Of a stretch of 64,000 nucleotides of DNA, positions 42,862-55,635 are shown piece after piece. Source of the stretch: Octopus vulgaris (Eukaryota); assembly GCA_951406725.2 (NCBI GenBank), contig OX597825.1:3720001-3784000 (forward strand), in the 5' to 3' direction. Within the stretch, counting starts at the first letter, position 1; every line of letters begins with the position of its first letter. The notes under the pieces are model-generated. The model was not told the origin of the DNA, did no database searches, and saw nothing but the letters and a program-made list of their open reading frames with translations. A program made the translations under genes and the position numbers.

Positions 42862-43440
42862 ATTTCAAAATATAAATGATATTATATAACGACATTTCAG
42901 GGAAGGCATATTTCATACAAAACTGTTATATAGAAACGTTGCCAGTGGCTGGATAGCGTGCATACTATCGAATGCAAGGTGCGGAAATTATTCACGCCGT
43001 TATTAAAGATGTAAAACTAAATATTGTACAACAGCGAAATATCTGCAATAACATCATAATGACAATTTCTGGAAATGCCGATTTAAGATAATCAAATATT
43101 CAATTAACTAATATATCTATAGGAAAATTCTATTACAGCTTTACAGGAACTTAAGTTAAATATCAAATGCATTGCGAACATGCCACAATTGATTTAAATA
43201 TCTTAATAATACTATAGCATTTACGATGGGTATTTACTGAATAACGCTTTCTCTCCAATATGGATTCCAGTTGCAGGCATGTCTAATTTAATGAATCTAA
43301 CTGGAAATAGTTATTGCGTATCGAGAACTTCGGTTGATGTTCCATTAGTAAACTCGACAGAAATAAATGTTCGTTTCGATATCAAATGACTTGGAGAATA
43401 TATATATGTGTGTGTGTGTGTGTGTGTACATGTATATATA

Positions 43441-43487
<47 letters not shown>

Positions 43488-43492
43488 ACTCA

Positions 43493-43664
43493 CGTCTACC
43501 GCTACGTTCTGAGTTCAAATTCCGCCGAGGTCGACTTTGCCTTTCATCCTTTCGAGGTCGATAAATAAAGTACCAGTTTCGCCCTGGGGTCGATGTAATC
43601 GACTTAATCCCTTTGTCTGTCCTTGTTTGTCCCCTCTATGTTTAGCCCCTTGTGGGTAGTAAAG
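43493..43664 (+). mobile_element. 5'-truncated SINE with target-site duplication
   Basis: gagttcaaattccgccgaggtcgactttgcctttcatcctttcgaggtcgataaa..agtaccag, flanked by the direct repeat (ta)n-tataaacactca (43481-43492 and 43672-43683). Confidence 0.92.
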
Positions 43665-43766
43665 ATATATATATAAACACTCATGCGTGTGCGCGCACAC
43701 ACATGTGTATTGTACACGTATAGATATAAATATATATCTTTATATCTATAATTAATAGCTATATGT

Positions 43767-43821
<55 letters not shown>

Positions 43822-43886
43822 ATACACGTACGTATAACACATTTAACACTCACACACATACATACATACATACATACATACATACA

Positions 43887-43917
<31 letters not shown>

Positions 43918-44813
43918 GTACGCGTGTGTGTATGTGTATACAGATGCCTAGAGAGAGGTTTAGGATACCTTTCATGCGTAGAATAGGCTGCCTGCTTTTA
44001 CTTATTCAGTAGAGGAATAAATTTAGCTTCGACCAAGAGGTTAATAAAGGAACTTTTTTGTGGAACTCTGGAAAGTCCTCTGCTACATTCTAGGCTTCTG
44101 AAAATAATTGAAGCTATTGTGCTTCAATGGCCAAATTTTTATTGACAATGACTAAGTAACGAAATAGATCACCAATTAAATGGTAAAAGACTTGTTTCTA
44201 CAGACTCTATTTTCCAATAATTATCTATCTTAAAAATGTAACAGCCTTCAAATATGAGAAATATTCCAACGGCGCTAGGCTATTGTTTTATGTTCAATGC
44301 AAGCGAAGGTAACTTTCGATATATAAGAAAAGTTTATTGGCTTAATTTTGTTTAAACTTCTACGATTTTATTTTTGCATTCAGAGGAGTGCGTCTTATTG
44401 CTCACTGATAATTTTATCTATAATTAAGCAACAGGCTACATGATAAATTGCAGCTAGATTTTCCGCCTGCATAATCTGGATTCAAGTTAAGTGAAAACCT
44501 GCTGTTCACACCTATAAAGACAGTATCAAGTGTTCACAGCTGGAGTCGTATCCCCAGACACTCAATATTTAGATGTTGTCGTTAATTCCAAGTTGTAAGA
44601 CAATACTTTATTCTCGGAAATGCATCACATAAAATGCAACGAAGTAACAATTGCCGGAAGGCATTTGTTTTTCGAGAACTTCAAGTAATTCAAAGAATCA
44701 TAAACCGATCCCATGTTTTTTTTTAATTAGTTGTTATTTCCCAAATTTCTGCCAGTAGCCTCTAGAAAATTCATCTGAAGAAATTCATTCATGTGTATAT
44801 GCATACATACATA

Positions 44814-44846
<33 letters not shown>

Positions 44847-44850
<4 letters not shown>

Positions 44851-44921
44851 GCTGATGATTTATAGATGTTTATGTAAGTAAAATTACATACTACATTAGT
44901 AATGAAACAATTTGTCAGGGT
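44847..44921 (+). ncRNA. Hammerhead motif at the start of pLTR-like remnant 44850-45168
   Basis: CTGATGA (44852)-t-tta..taa-t-GAAAC-aattt-GTC-aggg. Stem I is weak and abuts (TA)n. Confidence 0.6.
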
Positions 44922-45169
44922 CAATCTATTTATTCGTTATATTTCACTTTCCTTCCGTTAAATGTATGTTATTTCTAATTGGAAACATCTTTTTCTGTGG
45001 CTATACTATCGGGGCTATTTTTAGCACTAGAGTTATTCACATAGTGGTTAACTCTCTAATAATTTATGTATACATTTGTATTTTCTCCGTAGTTTTTTTG
45101 TGCTAAGCCACTCGGTGTTAAATTAATGTTATTATTAAATTAATATCGATTTTTCACCCTCATTTATAA

Positions 45170-45221
<52 letters not shown>

Positions 45222-45264
45222 GTGTGTATGTATATATACATATGTATGTGTGTATATATATATG

Positions 45265-45309
<45 letters not shown>

Positions 45310-45439
45310 GTGTATGTATACATATAACATGGAAATATGCGAGCAAGACAAATATTATTCTTAAGATTATAAAGCTGGCAAATTGAGCTTGGAAAAGTTC
45401 AGGACAGCTTACTACATGTGGTAAAGTAAGGATCGAGAA

Positions 45440-45956
45440 AAGTTTTACTGATATTGCTGTCTATGAATCGGATTTTTCTGACATCTCCTTAGCCCGTATA
45501 TTTCTTTTCATGATATTAATTGGTTGAAGAGAGGCTTTCTTCTTGCTACTCGTCTATAATACCCAAGCTTATGCAGGTATGTAACACACGTTCTTGGACT
45601 AACTTCTAGCTGTTTTGCAATGTCCGAAACCTTCGAACGCAGCTCGTTTCACACAATTCTCTTCAAAGTTTCTTTTCCGAGTCCCCAAGTCGGCCGAGAC
45701 GAGAATCTGCTGATTCTTCTTCTTGGCTCCCCAATTAGTCTATAATTCGAGGAACAGTAGCAAGAGGAATTTGAAGACTTTCGACAATTTTTCGCTGGCT
45801 AAGACCAGCCTCCGCGTGCCCAACAATACGACCTCTTTGAAAATCTCATATTTCTACTGAATTATTTGTGCGTGGCATGGTCACACTTCACAGATAGTTA
45901 ATATAATGGCATCTGGAATGAAAAAGAATAATTACATTTTAAATTCTACACCGCTG
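45440..45956 (-). mobile_element. Tc1-like transposon relic
   Basis: [30 protein letters not shown] and DIAKQLEVSPRTCVTYLHKLGYYRRVARRKPL. Apparent start CAGCGG. Confidence 0.85.
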
Positions 45957-46001
45957 AAAACATATTAAGACGCTTAGATCAGAAATATTGAAAATTAAAG
46001 G

Positions 46002-46016
46002 TGTCTATTTACTTCT

Positions 46017-46075
<59 letters not shown>

Positions 46076-46093
46076 GCAAGAAGTAAATAGACA
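46002..46093. repeat. Perfect 20-bp inverted repeat around (TA)n
   Basis: tgtctatttacttcttgcat-(at)n-atgcaagaagtaaatagaca. Confidence 0.95.
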
Positions 46094-46197
46094 TACCTCG
46101 ATATGGCATCAATGCACTTCTTGGACCTGCAGTAAAAGTGGCTGAAATGTTATGTTTATATAAACAAATTAATATATTGTTATAAACAGAGAATTAG

Positions 46198-46245
<48 letters not shown>

Positions 46246-46825
46246 CATGAAATGATAATATACTAGAATAAATACCTTAGGGATGCTGTGAACCAGAACG
46301 TTTCCAATATTATTGAAATATACAAAGCAGCTTGTATTTTAATTCAATATCATATATGTTATTAAATTTTAAATTCCATTGCTGTTGTTCATATAAATGC
46401 GTTATTAGTATTTTTAGCGTTCGTGTAACGAATTCTTAAGAGACAATGTTGAAATCCAATTTGATTGTTTACAATATTTAATAGTGACCTAAGCATGGAT
46501 TTTCATATAAAATGAAATTATAGTAATATATCTGTAAGGCAACTATTACGCCTCGTGATACTTGAAAATGTTTTTCCTGATAAAATGAGACTTGGAAATC
46601 CATTTAAGATATTATATTTTGGAATAATAACCAGAATTGTATTAAAGATGGAACAGAATCCTATTGACGTTTTATCGCAAGAGTCGGTTGGTAACATCCA
46701 ATTAACCGTTATAAGATGGGGGGACGCAAAAGAAACCGGTGTTTTGCAGTATTATTTCATTCATTTAGATTTACATGTTTACACTTTCAATACTTTCAAA
46801 TTATTCTCCATTTGAAGCAATGCGT

Positions 46826-47583
46826 CAGTCCGGTCACGTATTCCTCTGTTCGAAACAGGGCTTGGACTCTTGCGAAGAGATACCTTTTAACGCCTACATT
46901 GTTTTGCTCTTCATCCTTTCTACATCTGCATATTCAATATAAAGGGCCGGACGAATTTCCAACTGTTCTTTCAGTTCTCAACATGCATTAAGCCGTGACT
47001 GCTTTTGAGATTCCGTGAGCAAGCGAAGCACTAATTGTGCTGCAAGTCATTCGCAATTCCTCGCTCAAAATACGTTGGCAGGAGCTCCAGGACACATTAG
47101 TCTTATCAACAAGTTCGTCAGTTATTCGGTTGACGGTCCTACATGTCTAATTCATGAATTTTCGTGATGTTTTCAATAGTTGCGGAGGTCGTCAACCCCT
47201 CCTGAATGAGGTTAGTTTCAAACGGCAAGTACCAATTACTAAAGCGGGGAAACCACTTGTAAAATTGTCTTTTGCTCACAGCAGCGAGTATGTAAGCTGC
47301 TGGTTAAAGCATGACATGTGTTTCGGCCGCCGTTTTCCCCAGCAGAAAGCAGAATTTCACAGAAGCACGATGTTCCTTCCTTTCAGCCAGCGCAAAAAAT
47401 TGATGAACAAGGGAGTAGCACTGCAAACCAAGAGGTACCACGTGGCAGTGCGGCACAAACGGACGACGCCGGTCGGCAGACTGATGCCTGAGGATTTCAT
47501 GAAATGGCTTCTAACGGTGGAAGCATGAACTATAACGGGCTTGTCTCACAAAGAACTTTTCCGGTAACTTTTGAGTACCCTTG
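46826..47583 (-). mobile_element. Mariner relic, 5' half
   Basis: TIR-like gggtactcaaaagttaccggaaa; EHRASVKFCFLLGKTAAET. Confidence 0.85.
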
Positions 47584-48137
47584 CGACGTCATAAGACATA
47601 GAAATATTTAAGAAATTGTTAGTATTCTTAACGTAATACACATAGAGCGTATGGATTGAAAAATAAAAAAAAAACAATATCTTAGTGGTAACTATTTGAC
47701 CATGTAATAATCAACCTACGCTTATGAAGCAGCCAAGAGACCTGGAGTAGTGAAAGCCTGTAATTAATGGGTTCCTGAATATCGGCGGAAGGACTGTGTC
47801 TGTCTAGCTCTCTGAATTAATGAGAGAACAATTAATCAAGCAATCAGATATTTAATCGGTTAATTAGTTAATTACTTCGCTAGTAAATAGTTAACAAGTT
47901 GACTAATAATACTACATGAAGTAAAATAGATCAACAGCGTGTGCTTCTTATGTGGATGTTGACCGTCATGAAGCACAAAATGGATGTGCATAAAATACTT
48001 TCAGAGAAGTGTATTCCGTAAATAGGTAATTAAAACAACAGAAAAGCCGTTGGAAAACCGAATTTAGCAGCTATTCCATCGATTCCTAGGGATATCGGAA
48101 GAAGGAATCTTTATTCAGAAATATCATATCAGACTAT

Positions 48138-48439
48138 TTTATTTATTTATGCGCCCTTTTCAAGCCTAGCCAGGCTCATGAACCCGGTTCCCCGGTTTCT
48201 ATGGCGTATCTGTCCCCACCAGATGAACGGGACGCCAGTCCATCGCAGCGTTACCCAAGAAGCAGGAAGATAGTGTGAGGGAAAGTTGGGACGAAAGAGT
48301 ACAACAGGGCTCGCCACCATCCCCTGCCGGAGCCCCGTGGAGCTTTAGGTATGTTCGCTCAATAAAGACACACAACACCCGGTCTGGGAATCGAAACCGC
48401 GAGTCCGCTGCTCTAACCACTGAGCCATTGCACCTCCAA
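48138..48439 (-). mobile_element. Full-length tRNA-derived SINE with 12-bp TSD
   Basis: A box TGGCTCAGTGG (48427-48417), B box GGTTTCGATTCCC (48398-48386), (AAAT)n tail, TSD atatcagactat (48126-48137 and 48440-48451). Confidence 0.92.
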
Positions 48440-50889
48440 ATATCAGACTATGGATGATTAAATTACAACAGTTGTTATAGTCCATTGTTTGTATTATAAT
48501 GCATTGTTGTGTCGTTCGAAATGTTTTAGGTTTTATTTTATTGAAATTTATAATGAAAGGTAAACAGTCCAAACAAACAACGAAATACCTCAAAAAGGAA
48601 TTTCCTTAGATTTGAACATTTTAAAGTTTGAAATAAAGGTAGAAAGTCAACTCATTTATTAAAGTGCTTGTCACTTCAGCCGTTTAATCATGGGAACGAG
48701 ATGTGGACATCAGTGGGATTTGAACACAGAGATGATACGCGTACTGCAAGAAATTCTGCCCGACGGGGTAACCATTTTATTAGTCTCCCACTCCGTTGTC
48801 CTCATTATAATAAAAAAATTAAGTAAATGAAAATAAAACAATATTGTGACCGACAGATTGCAATAACAACAAAATGTGATGTACAAAACGTGGAACTATC
48901 CCGTTCCCTTTGGTAATTAATATTCCTTAAATCATTCTGCAAGTGCTCTCGTGGGATTTACATATCTACATTATATTAACATTGCGAAGCACTAATCAAT
49001 GCAAGTTGATTCTATTAACCTATTTAAATTTAATAAAATGTCAAAGTCGTATGTGAAAGAGAAATCGGAATATGATATGGGAGATAAATTTGTCGGTAGA
49101 ATGGATAAATTTGTCTGTGCAAATCCCTAGTAATACATGTTTTACACGTTGGTCTTTTATTCATTTACTCTTCAGCTGCATTCAGTATCTGAAATGCGGC
49201 AAATTTCTGGCACCACTGTCGAGATAGTTTAATCGATTTTATTAAACCCAGCACTTTGTATGGTACATAATTTATCGATTTCTATTATGTAATAATGAAG
49301 TCAAAATCGGGTTATGGGTTTTAATTTCAGCGAAATGATTACTAGAAGATACGCCAAGATCCGATTCATCACTATCCATTATCCCACACACTATGAGATA
49401 CACATGGATGTATATATTGATCGATACACACAATTACACGCAAAACCGTATGTATTCAAAACCGTATGTATTCAAACAGACATATGCGATCATTTAAATA
49501 TACGCTCATGCATTCGCACGCACACACAGACATATACACTGATACATTGACACGGACACACGCACACGCTTATGAACGCACACGCAAGCTCTCATACACA
49601 TTTTCGGTCGTCTTCACCGTTGTAGGAAAGCAAAATATCGTGTACACCCGCCAAGTAAACCGGAATAAGAAATTACATTTGATACCAAACAAGGTTTCAT
49701 ATAATAATTCTGAACAAGTAAAGTTTGATGTAACAAGGTTTTATGTAACATTTAAAGCGGGTAAATCTTTCAAATGCCTATTAGGCTTATATTCGTCACT
49801 TCCTCGGGAAATATGAGCGATGGATTTATTTACACAATCCTGTTTAGTAAAACATGCCCATGTGGCATTCGATGTGTCTGTGAAACATTTTGACAGCAAC
49901 CGAAAAGTCTCCCAACGTCATGAATATACGACAAATATATTATATATTCCTTTGAAAGCAAAAGCTAGAGAACGTTCAATATTGCTTGTGGGGGATTTTC
50001 ACTTTGAGATTTACTCAGAACTGTGGATTAAAATATTTTGTTTCTTCTTAATTTGTAAAGAAAGCAAAGCAGAAGTGCTCAAGTTTGACAACACGAAACG
50101 GGAAAATTGCGCAGGCTTATCAAACATTGATTTTCTATTGTTTATTTTCTGTTTTCACAATGGCATTACAACGTGTAATCGACATAATTTGTTTGTTTGG
50201 TAATACCTTACTTCCCATAATATCGCGCTGTTAACTATTGCATTTGTCATTTCACTGATGTGATATATATGTTAAAGGTTCAGGAGCTGGATACTTTTAA
50301 TGATTGCTTATAAAACGTATTTAATATCAAAAGTTGTTAAGAAACGTACAGCTTATTTATCAGAGAAAAGGGCTTGCTCTTTTCATAAATCAGCAAAAAT
50401 GATCTTACAAACTAAAGAACCATACAAATAAAGTACCACATTGTATTCACATTTCTCTGCGTATTTCTGAATTTACACACATTTCTCTGCTCTTGTAGAT
50501 CTGAAGTTCAAGAATATCGATAACTTTTATTCAAAAGTCAAATGATATTTTGGTACATATGATACTTGTTCAGCAGGATAATAGAAAATAAAAAGAATAC
50601 AATAAATTATATTGTTTTCTGTAATATAATGCATTATGTGAATACAAAGAAAGATATTTAGAGTTCAATTAAAACCATCCTGAAAGGTCTGAGAAGTATT
50701 TTTATAATTTTCCAAAGATTAGTATCACAAAGTATGAGAACATATTTTTTCTATTTATTTTACTGAATATAAATATTCTTCAAAGTACCTAATTATTTTA
50801 CTTCTCTGATTCAAAAACTTTATGCTAGCGAATAAACAATTCACAACACAAGTTGAAACCAACACTTTAAAGAGATGTTTTAAGTATGT

Positions 50890-51000
50890 ATGTATGTCCT
50901 GGATATGATAATAATGTGCATCCGGTGGCGAAGCTAAAGTTTGCGATTTTCTGCAGCTTTGGGGAGCTTGGGCGGTGACCCCTTCACTTACTATTTGTCC
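50890..51000 (+). mobile_element. Decayed interspersed repeat fragment
   Basis: tgtcctggatatga..tgcatccggtggcgaagct..ggggag resembles an abundant Octopus repeat from memory only. Confidence 0.4.
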
Positions 51001-51705
51001 TATATCTCCTGTTCTATGAGTTAAATAGATTTCCCTGGGCAGAGGTGTCACAGATCTTTGGACAAACCTTTGAGGAAATTAACACTTTGACATATACCTG
51101 GCAATAAAAATAGCACCAACGGCCTTGCGAGGCTTTTACCTACTGTAACAACCGAGACACAACAAAGTACTGTATATTATTTTGTCACTTAAATCCAATG
51201 GTATACAGGCTTTAACTATCATTTTTAATCTCTTAATCCGTTCCGTTTTGATAAAAACATATCCTATGGCGATGGATGCGGAACATCATGTGCTGAATTC
51301 ACCGGTTGGTATTTACTGGTCTAAAAGATCATATTCACGTACATGCAAGTAAGAAACTGCACTGTTCCAGAGTTCAAACCATCTCGTCTCGTGTAAGGAC
51401 CAGTTACTGCAAAAGCTTGGGATTCAAAGACCTACAGATTACGGTGTATGTTCGAAGAAAATGCTCCACTGAGTGCGGGCCTCACAATTTAGAAATTTTA
51501 ATACTGAGTGTGCAGTAAAGACATACTTACACATCTCCTTTCGGACACTTGCAAATAACTGTGCTAGATGAGATCTTGGATATAACAGCTCTATACGAAA
51601 GGATAGCAAACTATATAAAGTTGATATAAAATAGGCCATTGATGAAATTTGCTAGCTTTTTAAAAATTAAATATTTTAGACCCTCTTCCAAATCTCCTTC
51701 ATGTT

Positions 51706-52265
51706 CCAAATCTAACCCTAACCTCGGTTGAAGGCCGAAGTCATGGAATACATTTTCAAGAGGAAGCTGATCATGTTCTAGGATATCGAGACTCCTTCCC
51801 TGAAAACCTGTAAGGATTTTACACGGGATAAATCTGCCTTAGACAGCTTCTACAGCATCATTACTTAATGAATGTAATATATCTCGATTCTACAATGGAC
51901 ATTATTCATAGGATGGATATGTCATAAGCTACGTAGAGTTGGCATAGTTGACAACAAGGAAAAGCGTTTGTATGACTTCTAAACAGAGAGTAGCTAGGCA
52001 GTAGCTACCAAAAGAAATTTTCTGTGAGTAGAAATTAATAGTGATTGTAGTTCCTGTCTTAGGACCCGTGCTATCTATGATTGGTAGGTTCCTATGATGT
52101 TCAAATATGGTAGCCCCAGTGACAAATTAATAGTGTAACTCCAGGCATTTCGGTGATGTGCACAGAAACGAGAGCATTAAAGATACCTTTGCATTGAGCT
52201 AATGGGAGACATGAAGAATTACAGCTGTATTCACTTGAATTGCAGTGACATAGATATAGGAAATG
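51706..52265 (+). mobile_element. CR1/L2-like LINE reverse transcriptase fragment
   Basis: LTLTS..VMEYIFKRKLIMF; GFYTG*ICLRQLLQH; VIYLD..HKLRRVGI..LYDF; VLGPVL. Confidence 0.85.
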
Positions 52266-52274
52266 CTAAAATCG

Positions 52275-52385
52275 CTGGCACCAAGCTTCGGCTTACAACG
52301 AATAAATCCTGGGGTGAATTCGTTCGACTAAAGGTGGTGCTCCAGCATGGCCGCCGTGAAATGAATGAAACAAAAGAATAAGAGA
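52275..52385 (+). mobile_element. SINE 3' fragment
   Basis: ggcttacaacgaataaatcctgggg..cgactaaaggtggtgctccagcatggccgc. Confidence 0.8.
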
Positions 52386-52630
52386 AAAGGATGTGTATTT
52401 TGTATGTGTCAGTGCCCGCGTATGCGCGTGCGGGTGTGTGTGTGTTGGGGTGGGTAGTGTGTGTCTCTGTATTCGCACGTGCATTTCTACACAAACACGA
52501 TCAGAAATATTCCAAGGTCCAATAACTCAATTCTATATAGCGAAACCAAGATTAAGTCATGTATGATTAGTGAATACGACTATGTCGACAACATTATAGA
52601 CCCATAGATAGATAATAATACAAATAATAC

Positions 52631-52764
52631 ATTATTTATACTATTTACATTTGGCGGATATTTGCCCTCATCTTATTTGTTGTTAACACAACGTTTCGGT
52701 TGATTTACCCTCCAACAACCAAGATGAGGACAAATGTCCGTCAAATGTAAATAATGTACATAAT
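52631..52764. repeat. Palindromic remnant containing half a hammerhead
   Basis: tatttacatttggcggatatttgccctcatctt..gttg (52642-52682) pairs with 52713-52753. The minus-strand spacer reads ..aatcaaccGAAACGTTgtg with no CTGANGA box. Confidence 0.8.
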
Positions 52765-53718
52765 TCCTCATCTCTTGAATATAGAACTGGAGAATAAATA
52801 TCAGCCAACCAGTATAATATGCTAAAGGAAAACGAAACCGGTCCACATCCATATTCATAAATATGTGTGGTTAATTCTTTTATAAAACACACGAACAATA
52901 TAATCAAATATTCATTCCATACCACCTTAGTACTTGAATGCATATATTGAAATTATTGCTTCTAATTAAAGATAATTGTCTTACACCGTGTCCATATCCC
53001 TGAAAGGGAATATTACTTTTCAAGTTTATCGGTGGGATATGTATGTTCAACTGATCGTATTTCGGCAAAGACAGAATTCTATGAATTCGGATGTAATCGT
53101 CGGTTCCATATTATTAAAAAATATATAGTAATTCGGCTTTTCTTTGAACAAAGTTTATAACTTATATCGTGTTCTGTAAGTATAAATGTTACTGTATTTA
53201 AAAGATGTCTGTTCCTGTAGGCAAAGCACTTACGCCCTATGTAGTCGTACATAAATCTCTTTTCTATAACATAAAATAATTTGTCGAGATATGTTTTTTG
53301 GGAATATTTTTATATATGTTTATCAAATTCTGTTGCAGAAGAACATTGGCAAAGAAAAATTTAATTCTATCAAAATTTAGAACATAATTCAGTTACAATT
53401 CATTTAAAGATGCATACTTAGTATTCTCATAAATCATGACTATATGTTTGAATAAGTAATGCAATTTCAGATATTTCTGAAATTATTTGATTAAACAATC
53501 AGCAGTAATATCACCAGTGGCACATGCAATCAAACACGTGGACGGGTGCTCACTTTTAATTAAATTTATCCTATCTACTAAATCTCTGGAGGCAAAAATT
53601 ATTATTTATAATCAAATATGGATATTAAAAATAAGACTGTTTGGTGATGCAAACATACATACATGCATACATACATACATACATACATACATACATACAT
53701 ACATACATACATACATAC

Positions 53719-53887
53719 ACTTTATGTTTTGCATTTTCTCTGTGTTTATTTTCTCTTAAAGCTTTCTGTTGAAGAGCGTAGGCTTGAAACGTAAAATACG
53801 CCCTCACTTTCCTGGGTGTCACACTAATACACCCCTTTCTACTTCATACCCGTGTGTGGGTCTTTTGCTTTTTCTGTAAATTTCAAC
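53719..53887 (+). mobile_element. Short hammerhead-like element between (TACA)n and (TA)n
   Basis: ttt-CTGTTGA-a-GAGC-gtag-GCTT-GAAAC-GTA-aaa (53763-53796); related to 34481-34681. Confidence 0.7.
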
Positions 53888-53907
53888 TATATATATATAT
53901 AAATATA

Positions 53908-54170
53908 TACGAGGGTAGTATGAAAAGTTTTGAGCCTATCCTGGAAACAGATTCTTCTGGTAAGTAAAAGTCTTTTCGGAGTATTCTTGTTCATTTTCTT
54001 GATTATGATATTTAAATTTTTTTTTGCAGATTTTTGAATAAACAAGTGTCGATGTTACAAGAAAAATGGAGAAAACTGAGTATCGTGCTGTCATTAAGCA
54101 CCTTTATTTGAAAGGCATGACTCCATCAGAAATCCATGAAGATATGGTGAGAACCTTAACAGACAATTCT
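53908..54170 (+). mobile_element. Mariner 5' end
   Basis: TA-CGAGGG..aaaagtt TIR; ATG at 54066 gives MEKTEYRAVIKHLYLKGMTPSEIHEDMVRTL. Confidence 0.9.
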
Positions 54171-55099
54171 TTAACTTTCCATTTCGACTGCAACTCAAAT
54201 AATATTAAAAGTTATGCAGCAGGAATATTATAGCTCCAGTATCAGAGTCAATACTGCTGCTACTAGTGTAATCTATAGCCTATGCAAAGAGAATTGAAAT
54301 GAATATCGCAGGACTCCTTGCTCATTCTACTCGTCTATGATATGTTCTTTATTAATATTAAAATCATTGACATTCAACAAAACGATGAAAATAGAGGCTC
54401 ATTGCGATATATTCAGAAGACAATAAAAGATTCTCATTCTGGAACTTTATTTCAGACCAGGCATTTCCGTAAATCATCTATTGATTGAGTCTTCACATGA
54501 CCTGAAATCTGCGCTAATCAAGGGATTTCATTCCACGCAACTGCTGCTGATACTCTAGTATTCTCTACCTCCATATTTTACCAATATCCATCAATTTGCA
54601 ATTATTTAAAAGGGACGTTTAGGAGGTGGTCTCAAAAGCCTTGTGTCCTCTCTAGTTGGGGATGACATATCATTACTCTTAACTTAGAATTCCTAATTAG
54701 AGGATATAGGAATATTAAGTTTTATAATCGCAGTAAGAAGATCGTTGCAGATTTACCTTTGAACTAAACAAAATGTTAAGATTGCCCGCGGAAACTTACC
54801 GTTTCCGACAGCAGATTGTATCTACTGGTTAAGGAAGCAAACTTAGATGTTCATGCTGATAATTTCATGTTGCTTTTTTTTCTGACAATGGGGCATTATC
54901 AATGTCCGAAACATACTCTTCTGCACAACTTTCAGAACCTAGATACATGCGTGCATTTATACGTATAATGCAACAGGTAAACGATAATCACCAAAACATT
55001 TGGCGTCAATAAGTTTGGCAAACAGGTGATTTCTACTTTACTACAACTATTTAGCGACTTGCGTGGTTGATTTCTGCTATCGGCTGCAGCAGAACAATT

Positions 55100-55204
55100 C
55101 ATTCTAGGTGAATTGCGCATAGGGAAACTGTGTGGAAGCCTGTTGAATATACATATTTATATATATATATTTATATATGAATCTACATGTATATATACAT
55201 ATAA

Positions 55205-55258
<54 letters not shown>

Positions 55259-55272
55259 GTATATATTCACAG

Positions 55273-55308
<36 letters not shown>

Positions 55309-55309
55309 G

Positions 55310-55397
<88 letters not shown>

Positions 55398-55635
55398 CAG
55401 AGTTATGTGTAGATATGTTTTTTATGTCTTTATTTTTTGTTTCCACCCCCACTTTACAGCTAATGTAAAAATTTTCATGTCACCATTACTGATAAGTCTG
55501 ACAAGTCTGATCGATAGAACAAGTAGCAGATATTGTTTTTTTTTATGACTGGTGTCGATTTGCTCGACCAAGTTCTTTAATGTTATTGTCGAGGATAGCT
55601 GCTGTCAAAACGAAGAAAATTAGTAAATGATAAAA
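55100..55635 (+). mobile_element. Decayed SINE with internal (TA)n(GATA)n
   Basis: ggaaactgtgtggaagcc, then microsatellites, then gatagaacaagta..gtcgatttgctcgac; same layout as 7428-8010. Confidence 0.6.

Noticed and set aside
48386-48437. tRNA gene
   Set aside because: A and B boxes are present but the cloverleaf is incomplete; the body, tail and TSD show it is a SINE head.
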